A DNA stretch of 64,000 nt from an uncultured Bacteroidales bacterium (GCA_937884485.1 CALGCG010000024.1:20868-84867); one strand, 5' to 3'; numbered from the stretch's first letter, positions 36,346 through 47,111 are shown. The notes: a model not told the origin generated them from the letters alone. Translations and numbers: made by a program.

Positions 36346-37056
36346 TCAGGGTTGTCGCAGTTCTATGCGAGGTAGCAGCAGGGGTTTTGCCCCCTGACGC
36401 ACGGTGCCTCCCCAGGCACAGAGGGCGGTGCGGAAGGATTGTTGCTTGACAAGGGTGAGGGTGTCGGCATTGTAGGCTCCGTGGGGATAGGAGAAATGGT
36501 GGACGTCATGGCCGAGGAGGGTCTCCAGTTCCTGACGGGAGTGTGCAATCTCTTTCTGCTGGTCGTCGAGTGAAAGGGTGTCGAGACGGGGGTGGCTGAT
36601 GGTGTGGGCACCGATGGTGCAGAGGGGGTCGGCATCCAGCATTTTGAGAGATTCGGTGTTGATTCCCAGTTTCTCGCCCGGGTACCACCACATGGGGAGG
36701 CGGTTGTCGATGAAGCCGGTGGTGACATAGACGGCGAAGGGGACTTCGAGGCGTTTCAGCAGGGGATAGGCGATGTCGTAGTTGTCCTGGTAGCCGTCGT
36801 CGAAGGTGAGGCAGACAAAGAGGGAGGAATTGAAAAGTGGAAATTGGAAATTGAAAATTGGGAGTTCGTCTATTTTGATGAAGGTGTAGCCCTTATGGCG
36901 ATAGTCCAGTATGGTTTGTTCGAGGAAGTCGGGGGTGACCTCCAGCCCGCGCTGCGAGGGGTTGTCGCTGCGCTGCTCCACCACGCGGTGCAACATCAGG
37001 ATATCCCCCAGCATGGGGTGGGTGAGGTTGTGGAGTTTGCGGCGGAGGTCAATCAT
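36346..37056 (-). CDS. Polysaccharide deacetylase (CE4/NodB family)
   Basis: LTFDDGYQDNYDIAYPLL (motif 1) and HTISHPRL (motif 2). Confidence 0.85.
   Translation of the reverse strand: MIDLRRKLHNLTHPMLGDILMLHRVVEQRSDNPSQRGLEVTPDFLEQTILDYRHKGYTFIKIDELPIFNFQFPLFNSSLFVCLTFDDGYQDNYDIAYPLLKRLEVPFAVYVTTGFIDNRLPMWWYPGEKLGINTESLKMLDADPLCTIGAHTISHPRLDTLSLDDQQKEIAHSRQELETLLGHDVHHFSYPHGAYNADTLTLVKQQSFRTALCAWGGTVRQGAKPLLLPRIELRQP
36825..36866 (-). repeat. Imperfect heptanucleotide tandem repeat, 6 units, inside the CE4 gene
   Basis: Plus-strand units are aggaatt, gaaaagt, ggaaatt, ggaaatt, gaaaatt and gggagtt. This is an AT-rich patch in a GC-rich gene and encodes ...LPIFNFQFPLFNSS.... Confidence 0.8.
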
Positions 37057-37107
37057 ATTGTGTTTTTGCGCTCAATCAGAGTATTTATTTCAATTAGATT
37101 GTTTTTT

Positions 37108-37137
37108 CTCAATCAGATTTTATAAGATTATAAAAGA
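37108..37137. repeat. CTCAATCAGATTTTAWAAGATT repeat family, direct copy 1
   Basis: ctcaatcagattttataagattataaaaga. Partial copies at 37071-37081 (ctcaatcagag) and about 37092 (tcaattagatt). Confidence 0.9.
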
Positions 37138-37184
37138 TGGTTACTATTGCTGACAGGTTGTAAAAAATAGATTTTTTCTTTTTA

Positions 37185-37206
37185 AATCTTTTACAATCTG
37201 ATTGAG
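37185..37206. repeat. Same repeat family, inverted copy 1
   Basis: aatcttttacaatctgattgag is the reverse complement of the family consensus with 2 mismatches. It forms a dyad with 37108-37129 across a 55-nt spacer. Confidence 0.9.
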
Positions 37207-37214
37207 ATTTTATA

Positions 37215-38228
37215 TTATTTTCTTTTGAACAGCAGGCATTTGGCTATCACTTTGCGGCGGTTTTTCTTTGGCAGGGTGGGGTAGAGGCCGCTGGCGAGGA
37301 GTCGGATGAGGGCGAGGGGGGTGTACTGAGTGGGAAAGTATCTGTGTTCCACATAGTCCAAGGCGCCATAGGCGATATGGAATTTGAATTTGCGGCGCAG
37401 GGCATCGTCGGAGTAGTTACCGGCGGTGTTGCGGTCGACGAGCAGTTGGGCGAAGGCCTTGAAGTTGATGATGTCTTCCTTGGAATTGATTGTGCATGGG
37501 ACGAAGACCGCGATGAAGTAGTGTTTTTCTTCGTCGGTGAAGTTGGGGTTGAGCCATTGCAGCATCTTGAGTCGCACCTCGTTGCTTTTCACTATCTGGG
37601 CTTCGCGTCGCGAGGTGGAGATCTGGGTGGCGTGGGTGCGGTAGTGGAAGAGGGTGCGCTGGACGTTGTAGACCTGCGTGACACGGTAGACGTTGGCCCA
37701 CATCATGTAGTCCTCGGCCGGGAAGGCATCGGTGCTGTAGCGCAGGTGGTTGTCAGCCATGACGGTGCGGCGGAACACCGGCACGATGACCGTGCATCCG
37801 AAGAGCATCTGGGCTTTGGAGTCCTCGTGGCGCTCGGGGAAGCGTACCAGCGAGGTCTTGGTGCCGAAGAACTGGAATCCGAAGCTGCAGACGCCCACCT
37901 CGGGATGGCTGTCGAGGACACGTATGCCGGTCTCCAGCCAGTCGGGTTCGGCGATGTCGTCTCCATCCATACGGGCCACCAGCTCGGTGTCGATGATGTC
38001 GAGGCCTCGGTTGAGGTTATCTGCCAATCCCACATTATTTGGGAAGGCGGCGATGCGTATGCGTGGGTCATCGATGGCGCGGACGCGGTCGAGGGTGTCG
38101 TCGGTCGAGGCGTCGTCGACCACCAGCAGCTCGAAGTCGCGGTAGGACTGACGGAGGACGCTGTGGATGGCTTCCTCGACCCAGGGGGCTACATTATATG
38201 TCGGCATGAGCACGGTTACTCTCGGCAT
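37215..38228 (-). CDS. Glycosyltransferase family 2
   Basis: VTVLMPTYNVAPWVEEAIHSVLRQSYRDFELLVVDDASTDDT...MDGDD. Confidence 0.9.
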   Translation of the reverse strand: MPRVTVLMPTYNVAPWVEEAIHSVLRQSYRDFELLVVDDASTDDTLDRVRAIDDPRIRIAAFPNNVGLADNLNRGLDIIDTELVARMDGDDIAEPDWLETGIRVLDSHPEVGVCSFGFQFFGTKTSLVRFPERHEDSKAQMLFGCTVIVPVFRRTVMADNHLRYSTDAFPAEDYMMWANVYRVTQVYNVQRTLFHYRTHATQISTSRREAQIVKSNEVRLKMLQWLNPNFTDEEKHYFIAVFVPCTINSKEDIINFKAFAQLLVDRNTAGNYSDDALRRKFKFHIAYGALDYVEHRYFPTQYTPLALIRLLASGLYPTLPKKNRRKVIAKCLLFKRK

Positions 38229-38243
38229 ATCCTTGTCTTATAT

Positions 38244-38273
38244 CTCAATCAGATTTTAAAAGATTATAAAAGA
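38244..38273. repeat. Same repeat family, direct copy 2 (left end of the GxxExxY cassette)
   Basis: ctcaatcagattttaaaagattataaaaga. Its first 22 nt are the exact reverse complement of 38676-38697. Confidence 0.95.
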
Positions 38274-38274
38274 A

Positions 38275-38664
38275 TTATTTGTGGTAGTTGACGTTTATGA
38301 TTCTGTTTATCTCATGACCGATGCGGAGACTTTCACTATTGAAATTGATGAGATATCCGATGGGTTTATTGGCTAGTTTGAGATATGTCTGCAACTGCTT
38401 GAAGTGTACTTTTTCTATTGAGGATACTGATTTTAGTTCGAGGATAACTTCATTTTCCACCAAAATATCTATTCGGAACCCGATTCCAAGATTGTCGCCA
38501 TCATATATTACTTCCAACGGGACCTCCTCTTCGGCTAGCAGGCACGCATTGTCCAATTCGATCATTAAAGCCTTTTGGTATACAGATTCCAGCAATCCGG
38601 GTCCAAGTTTGGAATGAACCTTCAACGCACATCCAATGATTGTATAGGTTAATTCGTTGTCCAT
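38275..38664 (-). CDS. GxxExxY-family protein (PD-(D/E)XK-like small protein)
   Basis: 129 aa. Contains the literal GLLESVY (GxxExxY) motif and IDILVENEVILELK (D...ExK). AT-rich. Confidence 0.85.
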   Translation of the reverse strand: MDNELTYTIIGCALKVHSKLGPGLLESVYQKALMIELDNACLLAEEEVPLEVIYDGDNLGIGFRIDILVENEVILELKSVSSIEKVHFKQLQTYLKLANKPIGYLINFNSESLRIGHEINRIINVNYHK

Positions 38665-38667
38665 GAT

Positions 38668-38697
38668 TCTTTTGAAATCTTTTAAAATCTGATTGAG
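38668..38697. repeat. Same repeat family, inverted copy 2 (right end of the GxxExxY cassette)
   Basis: tcttttgaaatcttttaaaatctgattgag. A further partial copy atccgattgag lies at 38703-38713. Confidence 0.95.
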
Positions 38698-38732
38698 AAA
38701 AAATCCGATTGAGAATTAGCTTCTGCGGAGAA

Positions 38733-39605
38733 TTATTTTCTGGTTGCGCGTAGGAGATTCTTGATGTTCTTTTTGGGGCGGTAGTAGAGCCAGTAGATGG
38801 AGCTGTATTTGAGGCCTCGGCGGAGGGTGAAGCTTATCCGTTGCCATCCGTGCAGGTTGTCGGCGATGGAGTTGTAAAGTTTCCGCTGCAGGTCGGGGTG
38901 GGGTGTGAGGGCACGGTTGAAGTCGTCGAAGTAGCGCAGGCGCATCTCCACCAGCTTCTGTGCAATCTCCTTTTTGCGGGAGAGGGTGAGGGTGTCGTCG
39001 CCGACGCCGGTGTAGTAGAGCACTTTGTATTTCTTGCCTATGGGGTACTTGAGCCAGATGCGCACCCAGTAGTCGTAGTCCTCGACGAGGAAAAGGGTGG
39101 TGTCGTAGTCGCCCACGGTTTCCAGCACCTCGCGGCGGTACATGAAAGCGTAGCAGACGCAGTTGTAGAGAGGGAGATGCACCTGGGGGTCGGGGTGGTG
39201 GACTTCGTAGAGTTGTTCTCCAGTTTTGAGGCTGAAAGCTGCGTAACAGGCGGTGACGAGGCCTTTGTCGGGGTTGGTATCCAGATAGGCCACGAACTCC
39301 TCGAGCATGGTGGGCGCCATGCGGTTGTCGTGGGAAGTCCAAGTGAGGTATTTGCCTTGGGCCTCGCGGAAACCGCGGTTCAGCGAAGCCGGCAGCTTCA
39401 GGTTGTGCTCATTGTTGAAGATACGGATGCGGCTGTCTTTTTCGGCGTATTGCTGCATGATCTCCAATGAGTTATCCTTGGAGCAGTCGTTGACAATGAT
39501 GAGTTCCCAGTCGGTGAAAGTCTGAGCGATGACGCTGTCGATGGACTGTGCCAGAAAGCCTGCGCCGTTGTAGCAGGGAAGGACGATGGAGACGGTAGGG
39601 GTCAT
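38733..39605 (-). CDS. Glycosyltransferase family 2
   Basis: From Met 39605: MTPTVSIVLPCYNGAGFLAQSIDSVIAQTFTDWELIIVNDCSKDNS. ATGA overlap with the upstream GT2. Confidence 0.9.
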   Translation of the reverse strand: MTPTVSIVLPCYNGAGFLAQSIDSVIAQTFTDWELIIVNDCSKDNSLEIMQQYAEKDSRIRIFNNEHNLKLPASLNRGFREAQGKYLTWTSHDNRMAPTMLEEFVAYLDTNPDKGLVTACYAAFSLKTGEQLYEVHHPDPQVHLPLYNCVCYAFMYRREVLETVGDYDTTLFLVEDYDYWVRIWLKYPIGKKYKVLYYTGVGDDTLTLSRKKEIAQKLVEMRLRYFDDFNRALTPHPDLQRKLYNSIADNLHGWQRISFTLRRGLKYSSIYWLYYRPKKNIKNLLRATRK

Positions 39606-40465
39606 CGGAGTCTTCTTTTGATAAGTTGTTTTCCTAATTTGGGACTCAGACAAACCACAATGAGCGCGACAAGCCATTGGCGTAAGGGAGCGAGTTTGCC
39701 ACGTTCATTGTATACTTGCAGCAGCAGTCGGGCATAAACATCTTTCCCTGCGGTTTTTAGCCATAGCTTTCTGTGTTTTCTCAACACATACAGGCCATTT
39801 GCCCATATGGTGTCTCTCCGTTGAGAAACTCGCTCCCCGATATGCTCATAGTAGTTTGTAAGATATTGTTCCACACATCCGTATTTGCCGATCTGCGCAA
39901 TCCGAATATGGGTATCCCATTCCTGATAGGAAGGACAGTGTATGTCAAGTGGCCCAATGGCGTTGAGCATTGTTCTTCGAATGCAGGCCGAACTATTGTC
40001 CACGTAAGTCTCTCCGGAAAGGATTTGTTTTAGGATGTCTCCTCGTGTCGGCCACTCGGTGAAGGACTCGGTACCATCATCTTTTATCACATGTATATAG
40101 TTGGTGATAACGTCGAGGCTTGGATGTGCTGTAATATACTTTGATATCTCCTCTAAATAGTTAGGTGTGATTGTATTGTCGGAGTCCAAAAGAAGAATCC
40201 ACTGACCCTTGGATGCATCTATGCCTGTGTTCCTTGCACTTTGTGCCCCCGGCCTTGACAGATTGGCAATACATTTAATTCGAGAATCATTCTTGAATAG
40301 ATTCCGAACGGTGAAAACAGTATTGTCAGTGGAATGGTCGTCAACCACTATACACTCCCAATCTTTCTCGGTTTGATTGACAACACTCTCGATAGCACGT
40401 GTAACGATGGCTGCACGGTTGTGTGTGGGAATGACGACGCTAAATGTGGGTATCTTTAACGGCAC
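39602..40465 (-). CDS. Glycosyltransferase family 2
   Basis: FSVVIPTHNRAAIVTRAIESVVNQTEKDWECIVVDDHSTDNT...LDSDN. Confidence 0.9.
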   Translation of the reverse strand: MPLKIPTFSVVIPTHNRAAIVTRAIESVVNQTEKDWECIVVDDHSTDNTVFTVRNLFKNDSRIKCIANLSRPGAQSARNTGIDASKGQWILLLDSDNTITPNYLEEISKYITAHPSLDVITNYIHVIKDDGTESFTEWPTRGDILKQILSGETYVDNSSACIRRTMLNAIGPLDIHCPSYQEWDTHIRIAQIGKYGCVEQYLTNYYEHIGERVSQRRDTIWANGLYVLRKHRKLWLKTAGKDVYARLLLQVYNERGKLAPLRQWLVALIVVCLSPKLGKQLIKRRLR

Positions 40466-41279
40466 TGATTAAGTCCTTAATTTGAGGGTAGTGATTTATG
40501 ATATTATGAAACTGTTTGCTGCCTTCGCCTTTGGAGTTAGTGGTTTGCCACAATCCGGCCTCTTGGGTTTCCGGTATACAAATGATGTTCTCGCAGTGCC
40601 CGTCAATTAAGCGAATTGGAGTATTTTGGAGATGGGCCATGGCCCAAAACCACATATCATCATTGTGCGGGGCAAGTTTCATAAATAATTCTTTATTGGT
40701 GGTATCAGAATGGAGAGAATGGGGTGGATACAGAACGCCTCCAATTCCTGCTGCATGTTCACATGGGGCAAGAATGGCAGGAGATTTCCGTATGTTGAGT
40801 TTTACGATTTCGTTGTTTTTGTCAAACTGAGGCGAGAAAGCATGATGGCAAAGTATTTCTTCGGGATATTGGATATGGGCCGCGTAAAGCTTTTCAAGCC
40901 AGTCTTCTTGGTAAATCACATCATCATCTACAGTCACGATGATATCGTCGGGAAAAGTTTGCAATGCCGGAACCAGTTTCGTATACGATCGCACATCATT
41001 GCACCAACGGATTTCCAACCCATGTTTTTTGTATCGAAGCAACTTGTCGGGTAAATCTTTATCTCGATTTGGGAATTTCTCTATTCCCAACCACAATACT
41101 ACTGCATCCGGTTTCAAATTCTGGCGTAAAAGAGAGTCGATGGTTTCGGGAACGACTTTGATTCTCCCTGGATATGATGTAAGTGAGACAATTATCCTGG
41201 GAGAACGTTTAATGTGCGTGATTCCTTTGTTGGGGAATACAAAACGGGAAACCTGCTTGTATATAAATTGTCGGATCAT
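40440..41279 (-). CDS. Putative glycosyltransferase, family not assigned
   Basis: From Met 41279: ...IVSLTSYPGRIKVVPETIDSLLRQNLKPDAVVLWL...IIVTVDDDVIY (DxD-like). ATGA overlap with the upstream GT2. Confidence 0.55.
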   Translation of the reverse strand: MIRQFIYKQVSRFVFPNKGITHIKRSPRIIVSLTSYPGRIKVVPETIDSLLRQNLKPDAVVLWLGIEKFPNRDKDLPDKLLRYKKHGLEIRWCNDVRSYTKLVPALQTFPDDIIVTVDDDVIYQEDWLEKLYAAHIQYPEEILCHHAFSPQFDKNNEIVKLNIRKSPAILAPCEHAAGIGGVLYPPHSLHSDTTNKELFMKLAPHNDDMWFWAMAHLQNTPIRLIDGHCENIICIPETQEAGLWQTTNSKGEGSKQFHNIINHYPQIKDLISAVKDTHI

Positions 41280-42241
41280 CTTTGTACTTTCTTTACAAAA
41301 CGTGAAATAGTATATTTCACAGAGCGAGTTATGTCGTATTTCATTACGCGCCAAGCATTATGCCTGTACAAATGGTGGTAGGTAAGTGGACGTGTAAGAA
41401 TCTTAACGGGGCCTAGAAAATCATGAAGCAATCGATTCCGTTCAGTCATATATTCTAATCGTGCCTTTATTCGAGGATTCCGGTCAATGTCATTCTTGAC
41501 GTATGCTAATACCATGGAGTTGGGCCAAACTTCACATAATGGAGAAAGTTGAATGGATTGTAAAATCTCTCTCTGTTTTATCCCTGCACTGGATGATTGC
41601 TTGTGATGCATTCGATAGTGATAAAGTGGCGTATCTATATAGGCTATAGCATTTCGTTTGGACGCTTCATACTGCAAGTAGTGATCGTGCGAGGGAATAG
41701 GTGGGCAATGTAGAGGTATTCTATCCAATAATTTTTTCCGTATTGCCATTGATGATCCAAGCACGAAAACTTGAAATAAAGATAATTCAAAGCATAGTCC
41801 AGCAGAAAACATTTTTTTGTTCTCCTGTGGGAAAGATAGGTTCTCAGTCATTCTAAGGCCGTCGAGATGTCCCCCCATGAATTTGGCATCAGAGAAAACC
41901 AAGTCAATCTTTGGGTGTGTCATAAGATATCGGCTCATGACTTCCACTTTGTTTGTGTACCATACATCGTCCTGGTCAGATAGAAAAATGATGTCGCCTT
42001 TGCAAAGTGATAAGGCTTGCATAAAGTTGGCGCAGACTCCGAGTTGTGTTGGGTTTCTTACCAATTTGATGATTCCAGCATTTTTAGTAGAGATTTGCTG
42101 TATAGTTGGAATTGTGTCATCTGTGCTTCCGTCGTCACATATTATAATCTCTCCTACGGGCTCCGTTTGGAATAAGATGGACTCCAATTGTTCACGGATA
42201 TATTTCCCGCCATTATATGTGCAAAGGGCAACGGATATCAT
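41276..42241 (-). CDS. Glycosyltransferase family 2
   Basis: MISVALCTYNGGKYIREQLESILFQTEPVGEIIICDDGSTDDT...SDQDD. Confidence 0.9.
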   Translation of the reverse strand: MISVALCTYNGGKYIREQLESILFQTEPVGEIIICDDGSTDDTIPTIQQISTKNAGIIKLVRNPTQLGVCANFMQALSLCKGDIIFLSDQDDVWYTNKVEVMSRYLMTHPKIDLVFSDAKFMGGHLDGLRMTENLSFPQENKKMFSAGLCFELSLFQVFVLGSSMAIRKKLLDRIPLHCPPIPSHDHYLQYEASKRNAIAYIDTPLYHYRMHHKQSSSAGIKQREILQSIQLSPLCEVWPNSMVLAYVKNDIDRNPRIKARLEYMTERNRLLHDFLGPVKILTRPLTYHHLYRHNAWRVMKYDITRSVKYTISRFVKKVQR

Positions 42242-42248
42242 CTGACTG

Positions 42249-43223
42249 TTATTTTTCTTTCTTTACTCCTCGAATAACACCGCGACGGAAGTAAGGCGGT
42301 TCCGGAGTATCGTATAAGTGGAATAACATGTAGCCGTTAGAGAATTCTGAATAAAAGTCGATGTTATCAAAAAAAGATTTCATCTCTTCTGCGTCATGTT
42401 GTTTATGATACGAGGCTACGGACAATTTGGTGCACTTCTTCTGACTCAACACTCTCTCAGCGGATATCAAGGATTGTAACTCATACCCTTCAATATCCAT
42501 TTTAACAAAAGCAGAATCGTAATTGACATTAGACAATAACGTCTCTAGTGAAACAGTCGTATCAGTATCCGTGGCAGAAACAAACTTTTGAATAATGGTT
42601 ACTTTGTCGCTGTATGGCGCAAATGTCTGTCTAAGCGGTTTTATCCAGTCAGGATCACTTTCCACAATCACCACATGGGATGCTTTCTCAATCTGGTCCA
42701 AGGCAAATAAACCTTCTGCTGCACCAATATCAAAAACGACGTCACCATCAGCCACTTTAATCCGGGGCGACTGGTATTGATGAGGAACGCCATCAAAGTC
42801 ATCTGTGCCTAAAAGCCTTTCTGTTTGGATATAATTTTTGTACATGCCAAGTGCTACCTCTGGCATCTGGTTTGTCTTAAAATATAGCTTTTTGTTTTGA
42901 TGGACTACATATGGTAATTGAACTTCTTGGTCAAATCCGTATTCAATGTTTTCCGGCATGGGAACCGGCTGGTATGGAAAATTACAATAATTTCCGTAAT
43001 GCTGAATATAATTCAGTTCTTTTTGGTATGATTTGGCTTCCTCTTGATGGCGCCCATAATAATCCAGCAGATGGAGATAATGGTATTTCGTGGTCATTCT
43101 TTGGTCTAACATGTTTTCAAGTCGGGCGATTCTGTCCGTATTTTCATTTATTCGCCTTTTAATATTTGTGGTAAAGAACGACCGTAAATTGACCAATAAT
43201 TTTTTTATAGTGGAATCTCTCAT
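42249..43223 (-). CDS. FkbM-family SAM-dependent methyltransferase
   Basis: VVFDIGAAEGLFAL...VIVESDP...FVKMDIEGYELQSL. Typical FkbM motifs in the C-terminal half. Confidence 0.8.
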   Translation of the reverse strand: MRDSTIKKLLVNLRSFFTTNIKRRINENTDRIARLENMLDQRMTTKYHYLHLLDYYGRHQEEAKSYQKELNYIQHYGNYCNFPYQPVPMPENIEYGFDQEVQLPYVVHQNKKLYFKTNQMPEVALGMYKNYIQTERLLGTDDFDGVPHQYQSPRIKVADGDVVFDIGAAEGLFALDQIEKASHVVIVESDPDWIKPLRQTFAPYSDKVTIIQKFVSATDTDTTVSLETLLSNVNYDSAFVKMDIEGYELQSLISAERVLSQKKCTKLSVASYHKQHDAEEMKSFFDNIDFYSEFSNGYMLFHLYDTPEPPYFRRGVIRGVKKEK

Positions 43224-43832
43224 AAATACTTCGTGTTCTATTTGTTGCTGTATTTGTCTATGAAACCATGTATGTCAGAGTTGCATATTAAATGTGATGC
43301 GTCATTTATTTGTTTCTCGTCCCAATTCCACCAGCCAATTTCAAGTAATGCTGCTATGGTTTTTTCGTCAAAACGTTTTTTCACCATTCTTCCTGGATTT
43401 CCGACGACAATTGCGTATGGCGCCACATCTTTTGTGACGACAGTCTTGGCGCCTATTACAGCCCCGTCACCTATGTGAACACCCGATAGAATAGTGGCTC
43501 CGTGCCCAATCCATACGTCATTACCAATCCAGATATCCCCTTTTGTCGCGGGGTGTCCTTTAATAGGAGAAGCTTTAGGGAAAGGCTTGGAAAGTACATT
43601 AAAGGGGTATGAGCTTACCCAATCCGTTCGGTGGTTTCCGCCAAGCAATATGGTGACATCGGAAGCAATGGAACAAAACTTTCCAATGTGAAGATTGGTA
43701 CTGTCATCCCATTGGACAACATTGGGACATCCATATGTGTACTCTCCTATTTCAAAGTTTGCTCCAGTTAGCCGATCTTTGGTATATATAGAACTTTGAT
43801 TAGGAGTGTCCTTAAGGAAGTTCAACTTCTTT

Positions 43833-45059
<1,227 letters not shown>

Positions 45060-45182
45060 GTTGTGTTACTGTTGGCTTTGTATATCGGAGTGTCTATGGT
45101 GTTGTCCCATTGTTACTATGGTGTCAGGTAAAGTTTGAGCAGTGCTTGAGTAAATGGTGAGTAAAACCTAAAGGCTTATGGG

Positions 45183-46229
45183 TTACATTTTGTGAAGGAT
45201 GCTTTGCGGCTTCTCGGCATGCGAGGTGAGGGAGGCGAGGAACAGCAATGTTTTGTTGTCGCCGAAAGCCATCTGGCGTTTCCATGCCGTCGCCTTCCAG
45301 CGGCACAGCTTCCACCGCAGACGGGCCATGCCGTCGCGGCCACCGTCGGCACTCTCGCGGCCGCCATAGACGATGTCGTGCTCCAGTCGCCTTACAGACT
45401 CCATGTCGTCGGGTCCCCCTTGGGAGTGGAGTGGCGGACGGTAGCCCAGCTGCTTGTCGGCGATACCGTTCAGTGCGTCGACAAAGGGCGCCATGCCGTA
45501 AGTGTCGACGGTCTCCTGCACCAGCGTCCAGCCCACCTGTCCCTGCAGCGCACGGCAGGTGAGGGTCCAGTCCGCCAGGTCGCGCAGGGTGATGCGGTTG
45601 GCGGCAAAGTGGCATGCCATGTGGCGCAGCAGGAACAGGACCTCGAAGGTCGCCTGTTGTCCGTCGGCTGTCGACAGTTGCTTCAGCAGCGCCTCGTAGC
45701 GGCGGTTGCTGGGGGGGTAGTGCACGTTGAGGAAGTCGTAGTGGCTCTCCACCGTCACGCCTCGGTAGTTGTATTTTGTGTGGTGATGGGCATCGTTGCC
45801 CACCGCTACCTTCAGTATGTCGCAGGCCACACGGTCGGCCTCGTCGTGGCGATCGTAGAAGTAGAGGTCCAGGTCGCCGAACCTGCGCCGGCCGGGCACG
45901 GGGTAGTGGCGAGCCGTACGGGTGCCTTTGAGCACCAAGGTCTCGATACCATTGCGAGCCATGGTGTCGACGATGTCCTGCTGCACCTCGGCCTGGTAGC
46001 GGTGCCAACGCTCGGCCTTGTCGCTTTCGGCCAGCCAGGGCATCAGCACTTCGCGCAGAGGAGCTGCCGCAGCAACGGCATCGCAGCACACGGCATCCAC
46101 CAGGTTGTGCTGCAGCAGGCGGAAGAGCCGCCACCATTGCGACGCCTCTATCTGTTCCTCGCCCAGGTAGGGCTTGTCGCCCGTCAGCGCCGAGCGCAAA
46201 AGATTATATACCTGCTGAATCTCTCTCAT
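45183..46229 (-). CDS. Uncharacterised nucleotidyltransferase-family protein (NTP_transf_5-like)
   Basis: ...GIETLVLKGTRTARHYPVPGRRRFGDLDLYF...HHHTKY... resembles the GS/DxD core of this family. Two other long ORFs overlap it (45124..46137 on the minus strand, 45192..46790 on the plus strand). Both are Arg/Pro/Gly-rich and were rejected. Confidence 0.65.
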   Translation of the reverse strand: MREIQQVYNLLRSALTGDKPYLGEEQIEASQWWRLFRLLQHNLVDAVCCDAVAAAAPLREVLMPWLAESDKAERWHRYQAEVQQDIVDTMARNGIETLVLKGTRTARHYPVPGRRRFGDLDLYFYDRHDEADRVACDILKVAVGNDAHHHTKYNYRGVTVESHYDFLNVHYPPSNRRYEALLKQLSTADGQQATFEVLFLLRHMACHFAANRITLRDLADWTLTCRALQGQVGWTLVQETVDTYGMAPFVDALNGIADKQLGYRPPLHSQGGPDDMESVRRLEHDIVYGGRESADGGRDGMARLRWKLCRWKATAWKRQMAFGDNKTLLFLASLTSHAEKPQSILHKM

Positions 46230-46241
46230 CGGTATAACCCG

Positions 46242-47111
46242 TCAAACCGTGTCCATGAAGGTTTTCTGCACACGGTTGAATATCACGATGCCCAAGGCCA
46301 GCAGCACCATCATGAATGCTGCGCTGTAGCCCAGCATGCCCCAGCTGAACTGCCCCTCGCCGAGGAAGCCGTACTTGAAGGCCTCCACGATGCCCGTCAG
46401 GGGGTTGAGGCTCATCAGCATGCGCAGCTTCTCGTTGGTGATGGTGCTCAGGGGGTAGATGACGGGCGTGGCATACATCCACAGGCTGACGAAGTAGCTC
46501 AGCAGCAGCGACATGTCGCGGTATTTGGTCGTCATGCTCGAGAAAAGGATGCCGAAACCCAGCGCCAAGCCCGCCAGCATCAGCACCAGCACCGGCAGCA
46601 GCAGGGCGTACCAGTTGGTGTGTATCTGGCCGGGGATGATCCAGATTTGGTAGATGGCGTATACCACCATAAACAGTGCGAACTGGATGCCGAAGCGCAG
46701 CAGGTTGCTCACGACGGTGGATATCGGAACTATCAACCGGGGGAAGTAGACCTTGCCGAAGATGCCGGCATTGGCCGTGAAGGTGCTTGATGTCTTGTTC
46801 AGACAGTCGCTGAAGTACTGCCACATGCAGATGCCGCTCAGGTAGAACAGCGGCTGCGGCAGCCCGTCGGTGGGTATCTTGGCAATGCCGCCGAACACCA
46901 CCATGTACATCACCACCGTAATCATGGGCTGGATGATGTACCACAGCGGACCCAGCACGGTCTGCTTGTACTGTGTGGTGATGTTCCTCTTGACGAAGAG
47001 GTTGCATAGGTCACGGTAGTCCCACAGCTCGCGCAGGTTGATGCTGAGCAGTTTCTCCCGCGGTTTGATGACGGTGGTCCAGGTTTTGTTGTCGTTGTTG
47101 TCGTTTGTCAT
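46242..47111 (-). CDS. wzm: ABC-2-type polysaccharide exporter permease (Wzm-like)
   Basis: LRELWDYRDLCNLFVKRNITTQYKQTVLGPLWYIIQP start motif and 6 predicted TM segments. Confidence 0.9.
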   Translation of the reverse strand: MTNDNNDNKTWTTVIKPREKLLSINLRELWDYRDLCNLFVKRNITTQYKQTVLGPLWYIIQPMITVVMYMVVFGGIAKIPTDGLPQPLFYLSGICMWQYFSDCLNKTSSTFTANAGIFGKVYFPRLIVPISTVVSNLLRFGIQFALFMVVYAIYQIWIIPGQIHTNWYALLLPVLVLMLAGLALGFGILFSSMTTKYRDMSLLLSYFVSLWMYATPVIYPLSTITNEKLRMLMSLNPLTGIVEAFKYGFLGEGQFSWGMLGYSAAFMMVLLALGIVIFNRVQKTFMDTV

